64,000 nucleotides of DNA. Source: Mobula hypostoma (Eukaryota). Under the pieces are notes generated by a model. That model saw only the letters and a program-made list of their open reading frames with translations. It was not told the DNA's origin and ran no database searches. Position 1 is the first letter of the stretch. Each line of letters begins with the position of its first letter. Location of the stretch: NCBI RefSeq assembly GCF_963921235.1, contig NC_086108.1:83392001-83456000 (forward strand), given 5' to 3'. Positions 25,037-36,425 of this stretch are shown here, one piece after another. Made by a program: the position numbers and the translations under genes.

Positions 25037-26322
25037 TCAGAGTCAGAATCAGAATCAGAATCAGAGTCACGTTTATCTGCAGAATTCCTGTTGTTCACGT
25101 TTATTATCACCGACATGTGACGTGAAATGTGTTAACTTAGCAGCAGCAGTTCAATGCAATACATAATCTAGCAGAGAGAGAAAAAATAATAATAATAAAT
25201 GAAATAAAACATAATATTAAATAAACAAGTAAATCAATTACGTATATTGAATAGATTTTTAAAAATGTGCAAAAACAGAAATACTGTATATTAAAAAAGT
25301 GAGCTAGTGTCCAAAGCTTCAATGTCCATTTAGGAATCGGATGGCAGAGGGGAAGAAGCTGTTCCTGAATCACTGAGTGTGTGCCTTCAGGCTTCTGTAT
25401 CTCCTACCTGATGGTAACAGTGAGAAAAGGGCATGCCCTGGGTGCTGGAGGTCCTTAATAACGGACGCTGCCTTTCTGAGACACCGCTCCTTAAAGATGT
25501 CCTGGGTACTTTGTAGGCTCGTACCCAAGATGGAGCTGACTAGATTTACAACTCTCTGCAGCTTCTTTCAGTCCTGTGCAGTAGCCCCTCCATACCAGAC
25601 AGTGATGCAGCCTTGCAGAATGCTCTCCATGGTACAACTATGGAAGTTTTTGAGTGTATTTGTTGACATGCCAAATCTCTTCAAGCTCCTCATAAAGTAT
25701 AACCACTGTTTTCCTTCTTTATAACTGCATCGCTATGTTGGGACCAGGTTAGATCCTCAGAGATCTTGACACCCAGGAACTTGAAGCTGCTCACTCTCTC
25801 CACTTCTGATCCCTCTATGAGGATTAGTATGCGTTCCTTCATCTTGCCCTTCCTGAAGTCCACAATCAGCTCTTTCGTCTCACTGACGTTGAGTGCCAGG
25901 TTGTTGCTGCAACACCACTCCACTAGTTGACATATCTCACTCCTGTACACCCTCTCGTCTCCATCTGAGATTTTACCAACAATGGTTGTATCGTCAGCAA
26001 ATTTATAGATGATGTTTAAGCTATGCCTAGCCACACAGTCATGTGTATATAGAGAGTAGAGCAGTGGGCTAAGCACACACCCCTGAGATGCACCAGTGTT
26101 GATCGTCAGTGAGGAGGATAAGTTATCGCCAATCCACAGATTGTGGTCTTCTGGTTAGGAAGTCAAGAATCCAATTGCAGAGGGAAGTACAGAGGTCCAG
26201 GTTCTGTAACTTCTCAATCAGGATTGTGGGAATGATGGTATTAACTGCTGAGCTGTAGTCGATGAACAGCATCCTGACGTAGGTGTTTGTGTTGTCTAGG
26301 TGGTCTAAAGCCATGTGGAGAC
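25037..26322 (-). mobile_element. Rex1/Babar-like LINE, RT 3' half + UTR
   Basis: [28 protein letters not shown]...KFADDTT; (TCTGAT)n tail at ~25037-25066. Confidence 0.88.
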
Positions 26323-26329
26323 CCATTTC

Positions 26330-26806
26330 TTTAACTTCCAGTAATTTCTCCCCCACCCCTTCGCATTACTCTCTATTTCCATTCCCCATTCTGGCTCCCT
26401 TCTTACGACTTCTCTTCTCCTCATCTGCCAGTCCTGTCACCATCTCCCCCCACCCCCCACCCCCCACTACTGATGCCCATCCTCATTCTCTTTCTTCCAT
26501 GATCAACTCCCCTCTCCTATCAGATTCCTTCTTCTTCAGCCCTTTACCTCTTCCACCTATCGGCTCCCAATTCATCCCTCCTCCTTACCCACTTACCTTA
26601 CCCCTCAGCTGGTTTCACCTTTCACTTGCCAGCTTGTAGTCCTTCCCCTCCCCTACCTTCTTATTCTGTCTTCTTGTCATGAAAGGTCTGGGCCCAAAAT
26701 GTCACTGTTTAGTCCTCTCCATTAAATCTATCTGACCTGCTGAGTTTCTCCAGTATTTTCTGTTTTTTGCTCTGGATTTCTAGCATCTGCTAAATCTCTT
26801 GCGTTT
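26330..26806 (+). mobile_element. Old Penelope-like 3' UTR fragment with decayed hammerhead
   Basis: TTCTTAACTTCCAGTAA ORF end, pyrimidine-rich UTR, ATGAAAGGTCTGGGCCCAAAATGTCACTG, CATCTGC tail. Confidence 0.6.
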
Positions 26807-27069
26807 GTAGTTTCTCAGTAGCCTTTCCATCAAGTCCAGGCACATCAATAATCTGAGCACATGCTCGTCCAGGTATCTCTACTCCCGAATCCCCATTTAA
26901 TTTTACCACTTGACTGAAAGATCTCAGTTCATAGTTCTCTGGGTGAAATTCCATCCTTCCCTACTTTGCAAATGTCCTCCTGAACCCTAGTATTAGCCTT
27001 CTCATTGTCCATGATACGTTTCAGCTTCATGCCATCTGCATTGACAATCATCAACCTAAAACACTCACA

Positions 27070-27241
27070 CAACACACATCCAAGTTGCTGGTGAACGCAG
27101 CAGGACTGACGAAGGGTCTCGACCTGAAACGTCGACTGCACCTCTTCCTAGAGATGGTGCCTGGCCTGCTGTGTTCACCAGCAACTTTGATGTGTGTTGC
27201 TTGAATTTCCAGCATCTGCAGAATTCCTGTTGTTTGCGTTT
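27070..27241 (+). mobile_element. Penelope-like hammerhead/tail mini-insertion with inverted 5' segment
   Basis: 27070-27104 is the reverse complement of ~27164-27199; CTGACGA...GAAACGTCGACTG core; 14-bp TSD CTAAAACA(C/T)TCACA. Confidence 0.85.
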
Positions 27242-27689
27242 CTAAAACATTCACAACTGCTTTTCTTTCAGCAAATGGTGTATGACCAACTGAGTACTTC
27301 TTTTCAGTCAACCACTCAGCACAGTTATCCTCATTCTGTCCCTTGACTAATTCCTATATTCACCCCGATGCTGTCTTTTTAATCTCAAGGACTTTAGTAT
27401 TGCTTCCAAATTTATCTTAGCTACTAACCTCATTAGCTTTCTTCATTATTTTGTCAAGGAACCCAATCAAGTTAGTTAAACATGATTTGCCTGAGGCTCT
27501 ACAAGTTGCACGTCAACAAGAATGAGAGATATTGTCTGCTGCCACACCGTTATTTACTCAACTAGTCATGATGCTCATGAATACTTTGAAGCAGCAAACC
27601 AAACAGTGAAGAGGCAACTTTGAAAACAGCCTCGGGACATTTATGTACATAACTTCATGCTTTTATTCATGTTTCTCACTATAAGAAGG

Positions 27690-27975
27690 ATGAGGGTAAG
27701 GAAAAAATGACAAGGATTGCCTGGATTAGAGGGCTTGCATTGTAAGGACAGTGGATGGGCTGGGTCTGTTTTCCCTGGAGTGAAAGGGGCTGAGGGGGTT
27801 GACGATTAATTAAAATTAAGAAAGGCAGTGATAATAGTTTGATAGATTATGATATCTAAAAATAGAGGGCATGGGTTTAAGGTGAGAGAGATGTGGCTTA
27901 AAGGGGGTCTGAGGGATACGGTACATGTTTCACGCAAAGAGCATTTGTTACCTAGAATGTGCTGTCAGAGGTGGT
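27690..27975 (+). mobile_element. Degraded CR1 3' fragment
   Basis: LPGLEGL...LFSLE.RGLRG...RGHGFKVR. Confidence 0.6.
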
Positions 27976-29130
27976 GTAGAGAAAATGGCAGCCAGGACAG
28001 TGAGTGCTCTTCTCCTCCTGCCAAGTGAGGGAAATCAGAGAACCTCACGGTCTCCCCGGTATCTACATCCGTGGGAAATGCATCCAGCTAATAGCTCCTG
28101 GCAGACTAGGTCAAGGAAGTGTAGATGAAAATGGATGTACTCCAGATCATCTGGGATGCTGAGGACATCCCAGAGTTTTAGTGAGGTGGTCACGCCAGAG
28201 ATGTTGTCCACAAATAGATGGGTGACCACCAGAAGAAGTAATTGGAGTAGGCAGACAGTTGAGGATACCTCTGTGGTTATTCCCCTCTGTAGCAAAGGAG
28301 TACTGTTGGGAGAAATGACTTTACAATGGCCAGCAGGAGTAGCCAGGTTAGTGCACACTGCCCAGCTCTGAGTAAAGGTGGGAAGGGTGAAGTCAGGCAG
28401 AGTGATAGCTTTAGGGGCTCAATAGTAGGGAGCACAGACAGGTGATTCTGTGGACTCATTCAGGACTCTAGGATGGTGAGTTGCCTCCCTGGTGCCAAGG
28501 CCAAGTACATTTCACAGCAGGTACAGGACATTCTGAGAGGGGAGGGTGAGCAGCTAGAGGTCGTGGCTCATTTAGGTACCAAGGACATAAGTAGAAGCAG
28601 GATGAGACCCTGCAAGGTGATGTTAAGGAGATGGGTAAAAGTTAAAATGCAGGACTTTTAAGGCAGTAATATTATGTGTGAGTGAGGTGAGAGTAGATAG
28701 GTGTAGTTCAACATGAGGCAATGAACTGGTGCAGGAAGGAAGCCTTCAGATACAATTTGTTATATACAGATATATATTAAAGATTTGAATGAAAATATAG
28801 ATGGGTGAATTAGCAAGTTTGCAGAACCTACCAAGAATGGTAGAATTGTGGAAATGTAAAGGGCTATTAAAGAATGCAGCATGATATAGATTAGTTACAG
28901 ATAAGGGCAGAGACGTCACGGTTGGCGTTTAATTTGGGCAAATGTGAGGTATTGCACGCTGGAACATAAAATGAAAGAAGAAAATCTACTGGAAATGGTA
29001 GACCCAGTAAAATACTGAGGTACGGAGAGATCTTGGAGCCCAAGTCCACCGTTTACTGAAAGTGGCTTTGCAAGTAGATAAGGTAATCAAGAAGTCATAT
29101 GGCATGCTTGCTTTCATTAGTAAGGGCTAT
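27975..29130 (+). mobile_element. Degraded, internally deleted CR1 (ORF1 esterase region joined to ORF2 3' part); continues at ~29850-30060, 31290-31387 and 33035-33300
   Basis: WVTTR, MVSCLPGAKAKYIS..VQDILRGEGEQLEVVAHLGTKDI (SGNH-type CR1 ORF1); ISKFA, DLG.QVH..LKV, AYGMLAFI. Confidence 0.75.
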
Positions 29131-29647
29131 TGGATTAGAATGAAGAATTGTTATTTTTCTCATTTACTTTTCCTATAGTTTTCCTATACTTGTTTACATT
29201 TTTTATGTAATCACCTATATGTGATTGTATTATATAGTACAGTGAATTTTCAATAACTGTAGTATAGCTGATTCTGTGTTTTTCTAGAAGCTTCTCTGCT
29301 TCCTCTATCATGCTACTGACCTGACCATTTCATAGGCTACCTCTTATTAATTCACTGATTTTATTATGGTTATTGGATTTATTAAGTATGCCCGCAAGAA
29401 AATGAATCTCAGAGTTGTACATGGAGACATATATGTAATTTGATAATGAATTTACTTTGAATGCTGAACTTTATCAGTGGAATATCTTGTTATCTGTCTA
29501 GTTTGTATAAGGTGACAACTTCTTTGTTCTTTGTTCTTGGCTTTTCAGTTTTTCTCTGTTCACTCATTGACCTCCCCCTCCATTACAGCAGAGTGAGTTG
29601 GTTACCATTATTTGTTTGATATGAACAGCTAATAAAACAGCCAAAAT

Positions 29648-29685
29648 CAGTCCTGATGAAGGGTCTCGGCCCGAAACGTCGACTG
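29648..29685 (+). ncRNA. Minimal type I hammerhead ribozyme, best-preserved copy
   Basis: CAGTC-CTGATGA-A-GGGT(CTCG)GCCC-GAAA-CG-TC-GACTG; 5-bp stem I, 4-bp stem II, palindromic ACGT stem III. Confidence 0.85.
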
Positions 29686-29787
29686 TACCTCTTCCTAGAG
29701 ATACTGCCTGGCCTGCTGCGTTCACCAGCAACTTTGATGTGTGTTGCTTGAATTTCCAGCATCTGCAGAATTCCTCGTGTTTGCGGA
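29648..29787 (+). mobile_element. Penelope-like hammerhead/tail mini-insertion
   Basis: Tail closely matches other copies; TSD CAAAATCA at 29642-29649 and 29788-29795. Confidence 0.8.
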
Positions 29788-30064
29788 CAAAATCAACAAG
29801 CTTTATGCCTCCCCCTTGACTTCCAAAGAACATCTGGATCACAGTATTACCAGGGTGTTGAGTATAAGAGTAAGGAAGTCATGCTGTAGTGATATAAAAC
29901 TTTAGTTAGTGCGCACTTGGAGAATTGAGTGGGATACTGCTCTTCCATTATATCTAGGTAGTTTTTTTTAGGAAAGGATGCAGAAGAGGTTCACTAGGAT
30001 GCTGTCTCGATCAGAGGGTATGAGCTGTAAGGAAACATTGGACAAACTTGGGTTGTTCACAATA

Positions 30065-31277
30065 GGACTATGGTGGATGTGATCTCTTTGGCGCTTCACA
30101 CAGCCTTGGATCATCTGGACAATACAAATACCTATGTCAGAATGCTGTTTATTGACTACAGCTCAGCGTTAGCACAATCTTTTCTTCAGTTCTGAACAAA
30201 AAGTTCCAGAACCTGGGCCTCAGCACCTCCATCTGCAACTGGATCCTCAACTTGCTTACCAGAAGATCACAATCTGTGTGGATCAGAAATAACATCTCCA
30301 CCTCGTGACAATCAACCTCAGGGATGTGTACTTAGTTCACTGCTCTACTCTCTCTAAACCCATGACTGTGTGGCTCGGCACAGTTCAAATCCCATCTATA
30401 AATTTGCTGATGATACCACTATTGGTGGCAGAATTTCTAATGGAGTCAAGTGGGCATACAGGAGCAAAATAGATCAGCTTGCTGAGTAGTGTCGCAGCAA
30501 CAATCTTGCACTCAGTGTCAGTAAGATCAAATAACTGATTGTGGACTTCAGAAAGGATAAGATGAGGGAACATACACCAGTCCTCTTAGAGAAATTGGAA
30601 GTGGAAAGAGTGAGCAATTTCAAGTTCCTGGGTGTCAATATCTCTAAGGAGTTATCCTGGACCTAACATATTGATGCAGCTACAAAGAAGGCACAATAGC
30701 AAGTATATTTCATTTGGAGTTTGAGGAGGTTTGGTATGTCACCAAAGCTAACCTCAAATTTCTACACTGTGGAGAGCATTTTTAACAGTCTGTATCACTG
30801 TCTGGTATGGAGGGGGCATGGGGCTACTGTACAAGATCGAAATAAGCTGCAGAGACTTGTAAATCTAGTCAGTGCCATCATGGGCACTAGCTTCCATAGT
30901 ATCCAGGTCATCTTCAAGGAGCGAAACTTCAAAAAGGTGGCATCCATCATTAAGGACCCCCATCACCCAAGTCATGCCTTATTCTCATTGCTGTCATCAG
31001 CAAGGAGGTACAGGAGCCTGAAGGCACACACTCAACAATTCAGGGACAGCTTCTTGTCCTCTGCCATCAGATTTCAGATTGGACGTTGAACATTACCTCA
31101 CTACTTTTTTATTTCTATTTTTGACTACTTATTTAATTTAACTATTTTATTTATATATATATATACAGTAACTTGCAGTGTTTTTTTCTATTATTATATA
31201 TTTTCATTGTACTGCTGCCACAAAGATAACACATTTCACAACATCTTCTGATGATATTAAAACTAACTCTGATTCTG
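30065..31277 (+). mobile_element. Rex1-like LINE fragment inserted in CR1
   Basis: [33 protein letters not shown]; (TCTGAT) tail. Confidence 0.85.
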
Positions 31278-31387
31278 TTTTCCCCAAAAAATTGACAGAG
31301 GTTTTTAAAATTATGAGAGACATAAATAAGTTTGACAGTCTGAATTGTTTCTGCGTGGTAGAAATATCAACCTGCAGAGGACACACT

Positions 31388-33030
31388 TCAAGTCAAGCCA
31401 AGTCAAGTCACTTTTTATTGTCATTTCAACCATAACTGCTGGTACAGAACACAGTAAAAATGAGACAATGTTTTCCAGGACCATGGTGCTACAGGAAACA
31501 ATACAAAAACTACACTGAACTACATAAAACAACACAAAACTACACTAGACTACAGACCTACCCAGGACTGCATAAAGTGCACAAAACAGTGCAGGCATTA
31601 CAATAAATAATAAACAAGACAATAGGCACAGTAGAAGGCAGTAGCTTGGTGTCAGTCCAGGCTCTGGGTATTGAGGAGTCTGATGGCTTGGGGGAAGAAA
31701 CTGTTACATAGTCTGGTCGTTAGAGCCCGAATGCTTCGGTGCCTTTTGCTAGATGGCAGGAGGGTGAAGAGTTTGCATGAGGGTTGCGTGGGGTTCTTCA
31801 TAATACTGTTTGCTTTACGGATGCAGCGTGTGGTGTAAGTGTCTATAATGGCGGGAAGAGAGACCCTGATGATCTTCTCAGTTGACCTCACGATCCGCTG
31901 CAGGGTCTTGCGATCTGAGATGGTGCAATTTCCGAACCAGGCAGTGATGCAGCTGCTCAGGATGCTCTCAATACAACCTCTGTAGAATGTGGTGAGGACG
32001 GTGGGTGGGAGATGGACTTCTCTCAGCCTTCGCAGAAAGTAGAGATGCTGCTGGGCTTTCTTTGCTATGGAGCTGGTGTTGAGGGACCAGGTGAGATTCT
32101 CCGCCAGGTGAACACCAAGAAATTTGGTGCTCTTAATGATCTCTATGGATGAGTCGTCGATGTTCGGCGGAGAGTGGTCGTTCCGTTTCCTTCTGAAGTC
32201 AGCAACCATCTCTTTTGTTTTGTTCACATTCAGAGACAGGTTGTTGGCTCTGCACCAGTCCGTTAGCCGCTGCACCTCCTCTCTGTATGCTGACTCATCG
32301 TTCTTGCTGATGAGACCCACCACGGTTGTGTCATCGGCGAACTTGATGATGTGGTTCGAGCTGTGTGTTGCAGCACAGTCGTGGGTCAGCAGAGTGAACA
32401 GCAGTGGACTGAGCACACAGCCCTGGGAGGCCCCCATGCTCTGTGTGATGGTGTTGGAGATGTTGTTGCCAATCCAGACTGACTGAGGTCTCCAGTCAGG
32501 AAGTCTAGGATCCAATTGCAGAGGGAGGTGTTCAGGCCCAGTAGGCTCAGCTTTCCAGTCAGTTTCTGAGGAATGATTGTGTTGAATGCTGAACTGAAGT
32601 CTATGAACAGCATTCGAACATACGTGTCTTTTTTGTCCAGGTGGGTTAGGGCCAGGTGGAGGGTGATGGCAATGGCGTAGTCTGTTGAATGGTTGGGAAG
32701 ATACGCGAACTGCAGGGGGTCCAGTGAGGGGAGAAGCAGGGTCTTGATGTGCCTCATGACGAGCCTCTCGAAACACTTCATGATGATGGATGTGAGTGCG
32801 ACGGGACGGTAGTCGTTGAGGCAGGACACTGAAGACTTCTTTGGCACGGGGATGATGGTGGCGGCCTTGAAGCACGTAGGAACGACGGCGCCTCTCAGGG
32901 AGATGTTGAAGATGTCAGTGAGAATCTCAGCTAGCTGTTCTGCACATCCTCTAAGCACTCTGCCGGGAATATTGTCTGGTCCAGCAGCTTTCCGTGAGTT
33001 GACCCTGCACAGGGTCCTCCTCACATCGGC
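31388..33030 (-). mobile_element. Young Rex1/Babar-like LINE, 5' truncated, nearly intact RT (one frameshift)
   Basis: ORFs 32386-33024 ([13 protein letters not shown]...NDYRPVALT...LDPLQFAY...[11 protein letters not shown]) and 31652-32875 ([10 protein letters not shown]...KFADD...); (GACTT)n tail. Confidence 0.93.
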
Positions 33031-33523
33031 CTCTTACTTTTAAGTAAGAGGGAGGAGGTTTAAAGGTGATGTGAAGGGGAAGGTTTTTTTTAACACAGAG
33101 AATGGTAGGTGCTTGCAATGGGTTACCAGAGGTAATAGAAGATCTGGGCAGTTTGATGGAGTTCAAGGGGCTTTTCATAAATTTGAAGGGAATCGAGGGA
33201 TATGGTGGAAGAATTTTGGTAAAAATAGACATTAAGATTACACAACATTTTGGGCTAAATGGTCCATCCAATGCTGTACTGTTCAATGTTCTATGAACAA
33301 TAATAAGATTTAAGGGGTATCGGGACAGGTACGGCACGTGAATGAGCATGACAGAGAGAGATTTGAAACAAATGCAGGCAAGTGGATCTATAGACAGGCA
33401 TAACGATCAGTGCAGGGGAGTCTGTTCCTATGCTGTAGAAATCTATGACTCTGTTCCTTTCCCAATTCTGTAATCAATCATATCCATTACTGACTATCTT
33501 TAAATTTCACAGAGTGTGCATGC

Positions 33524-33836
33524 GTGAGAGGGGGGGAGGGAGGGGGTAGGGAATGGGGAGGAGAGTGGTAGGGAGTGGGGAGAGAGGGTGAGTGGAGGGA
33601 GAGGGAGAGGGTGGGGGAAGAGAGAGAGAAGGGGGGAGAAGGGAGGGGAGAGGGAAGTACAGGTGGAGGGGAGGGGGAAGGAGAGAGGGAGAGAGAAAGA
33701 GGGGGGTGAGGGGGAGGGGGAGGGAATGGGGTGAGACAGGGAGAGGGAGACAGAGAGGGGGGAGGGGGAGATGGAGGTGGAAGGGGAGGGAGAGGGTGAG
33801 AGAGGAGGAGAGAGGGAGAGGGAGGGAGAGCGAGAG
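33524..33836 (+). repeat. G/A-rich low-complexity tract (G-quadruplex/triplex-prone)
   Basis: Dense GGG/GGGG runs separated by A. Confidence 0.85.
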
Positions 33837-34689
33837 ATTATATAGTATAAGAATTATGGACAATAAGGAAACATTATGGGTCAGTCTATTTCCATCACAT
33901 TCTTTATTGCTCTCACTCAACCTTTAGTCATCTATTAATATAACATGCAATAGTTGGCAATTGGACACACTCATTTCAGAAGAGATTGGTATTGATTAGA
34001 ATGGAAACAGTGATGTTTACACACACTTGACGTAGTAGGTTCTTGACACTAACTGAATTATTCATACAGACCCCCAAAGGTTAGAGTGATGTTGTAGCAG
34101 GAGAAATCTGAACGTTTAATGTGTGTGTACATACTGCATGTATCTACTTATTCAGTACTGGAATAAACATCAAATGAGGAATGAGAAGGACTCATCATGG
34201 GATGCTTGTCCAAATGTACAAGGAACATAACCGGTGATGTTGAGACAGATGAGATTGAGTTGAGTTGATAGAAATCCTCATCATCACCATGTGCTAACAC
34301 ATCAGAACTGTCAGCAGGAATCACTGAAATGAGAAAGAACAGTACACTGTATATAATAGTGCAATGTAATAGATGTCCAGTGAGAGAGTAGAAATCAATA
34401 GGAAGCAGACCAGGTATTAGGGGCAAAATGTTCTTGAGAATTAAGACGACTGGCATGATTGTAACAGGGAAGCATCAAGAAGGGTCCTCCTGTTTCAAAC
34501 TTAAGCATACCTGTCCACTGGTCTCACCAAAATCGTCATGGTCACATCCGATGCAGCTTTCAAAAGGCATTTTTTTTAAAGGCACATGAATCTGCAGGAA
34601 TGGAGGGAATGGAGGGATGTGGACATGTGCTGGCAGGAAGGGTTTAGTTTAATTCCACATCAAGCTCAGCACAAACATTGTTCTATGTT

Positions 34690-35655
34690 CAAAGTTTAAA
34701 GTAAATTTATTATCGAAGTACATATATATCACCACATACAACCCTGAGATTCATTTTCCTGTGGACTTACTCAATAAATCCATAACAGAATAATAACCAT
34801 AATAGAATCAATAAAAGACCTCACCAACTTAGGCATTTAATCATTGTGCAAAAGACAACAAACTGTGCAAATATAAAAAGAAAGGAACAATAATAATAAT
34901 AATGATAATAATAATAAATAAGCAATAAACATCAAGAATATGAAATGAAGAGTCCTTGAACGTACATCCATAGCTTGCTAGAATATTTCAATGATGGGGC
35001 AAATAAAATTGAGTGAAGTTATCGCAATAGGTTCAAAAACCAGACGATTGAGGGGTAATAACTGTTCATTACCACTGGTGGTGGTGCGAGCCCTGAGACT
35101 CCTGTACTTCTTCCTGATGAGAAGAGAGCATGACCTGTGTGGTGGGCATCACTGATGATGGATGCTGCTGTCCATGACAGCACTTCACATAGTTGTGCTC
35201 AGTGGTGGGGAGGGTCTTACCCATGATGGACTGGGCCTTAACCACTGCTTTTTGTGGATTTTCCATTCAAGGGCATTGGTGCTTCCATACCAGGCTGTGA
35301 TGCAACCAGTCAATATACGTGTACAGAAGTTTGTCAAATCTTTAGATGTCATGCCAAATCTTCACAAACTCCTGAGGAAGTAGAGGTGCTGGCGTGCTTT
35401 CCTTGTAATCTCATTTACGTGCTAGGCCCAGGACAGGCCCTTCAAAATCATAACCGAGGGATTTCAAGTTGCTGACCTTCTCCACTTCTGATCCTCCAAT
35501 GAGAACTGGTTCATGGACCTCTGAGTTCCTCCTGCTGAAGTCAATAATCAGCTCCTTGGACTTGCTGACATTGAGTAAGAGGTTGTTGTTGTGGCACCAC
35601 TCAGACAGATTTTCAATCTCCCTCCTGTATGCTGATCTGTCACCACCTTTGGTGA
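34690..35655 (-). mobile_element. Rex1-like LINE 3' part
   Basis: Minus strand KELIIDFSR...YFLRSL.RFGMTSK; AATAAA + TTTAAAC/TTTGAAC tail at ~34690. Confidence 0.78.
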
Positions 35656-35864
35656 CAAATTAGCATACAGCCTTTTTCCACTTTATCAATGAATTTGAAA
35701 TGTTCTAGGTTTATACAGTTATATAGTACAGGTCCTTTGACCCAACACATCTATGCCAACCAAGGTGCTAGTGGGCTAGTGACATTTGCCTGCCTTGTAC
35801 CCGTATCACTCCAAGCCTTTCTATCCATGAACTGGTCCAAATGTTTTTTTAAACAATACTATTA

Positions 35865-36425
35865 GAACATAGAACATAGAAAACCTACAGCAAAATACAA
35901 GCCCTTCGACCCACAAAGTTGTGCCGAACATTTTCCTACCTTAGAAATTACTAGGCTTACCTCTAGCCCTCTATTTTTCTAAGCTCCATGTACCTATCTA
36001 AACGTCTCTTAAAAGACCCTATTGTATTCGCCTCCACCACCGTTGCCAGCAGCCCATTCCACACACTCACCACTCTGAGTAAAAAATTTACCCCTGACAC
36101 ATCTCCTCTGTACCTGCTCCCTAGCACCTTAAACCTGTGTCCTCTTGTGGCAACCATTTCAGCCCTGGGAAAAAGCCTCTGACTATCCACACGATCAATG
36201 CCTCTCATCACCTTATACACCTCTATCAGGTCACCTTTCATCCTCCGTCGCTCCAAGGAGAAAAGGCCGAGTTCACTCAACCTATTCTCATAAGGCATGC
36301 TCCCCAATCCAGGCAACATCCTGGTAAGTCTCCTCTGCACCCTTTCTATGGCTTCCACATCCTTCCTGTAGTGAGGCGACCAGAACTGAGCACAGTACTC
36401 CAAGTGGGGTCTGACTAGGGTCCTG
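35865..36425 (-). mobile_element. CR1 3' end (young) nested in an older CR1 3' fragment (~35725-36680)
   Basis: LVRPHLEYCAQFWSPHYRKD...TRGHRFKV; (TTCTATG)n tail. Confidence 0.88.

Noticed and set aside
31652..32875. 407-aa ORF as a host or domesticated gene
   Set aside because: The N-terminal third is an off-frame reading of Rex1 RT joined by a frameshift; the element is 5' truncated and multi-copy.
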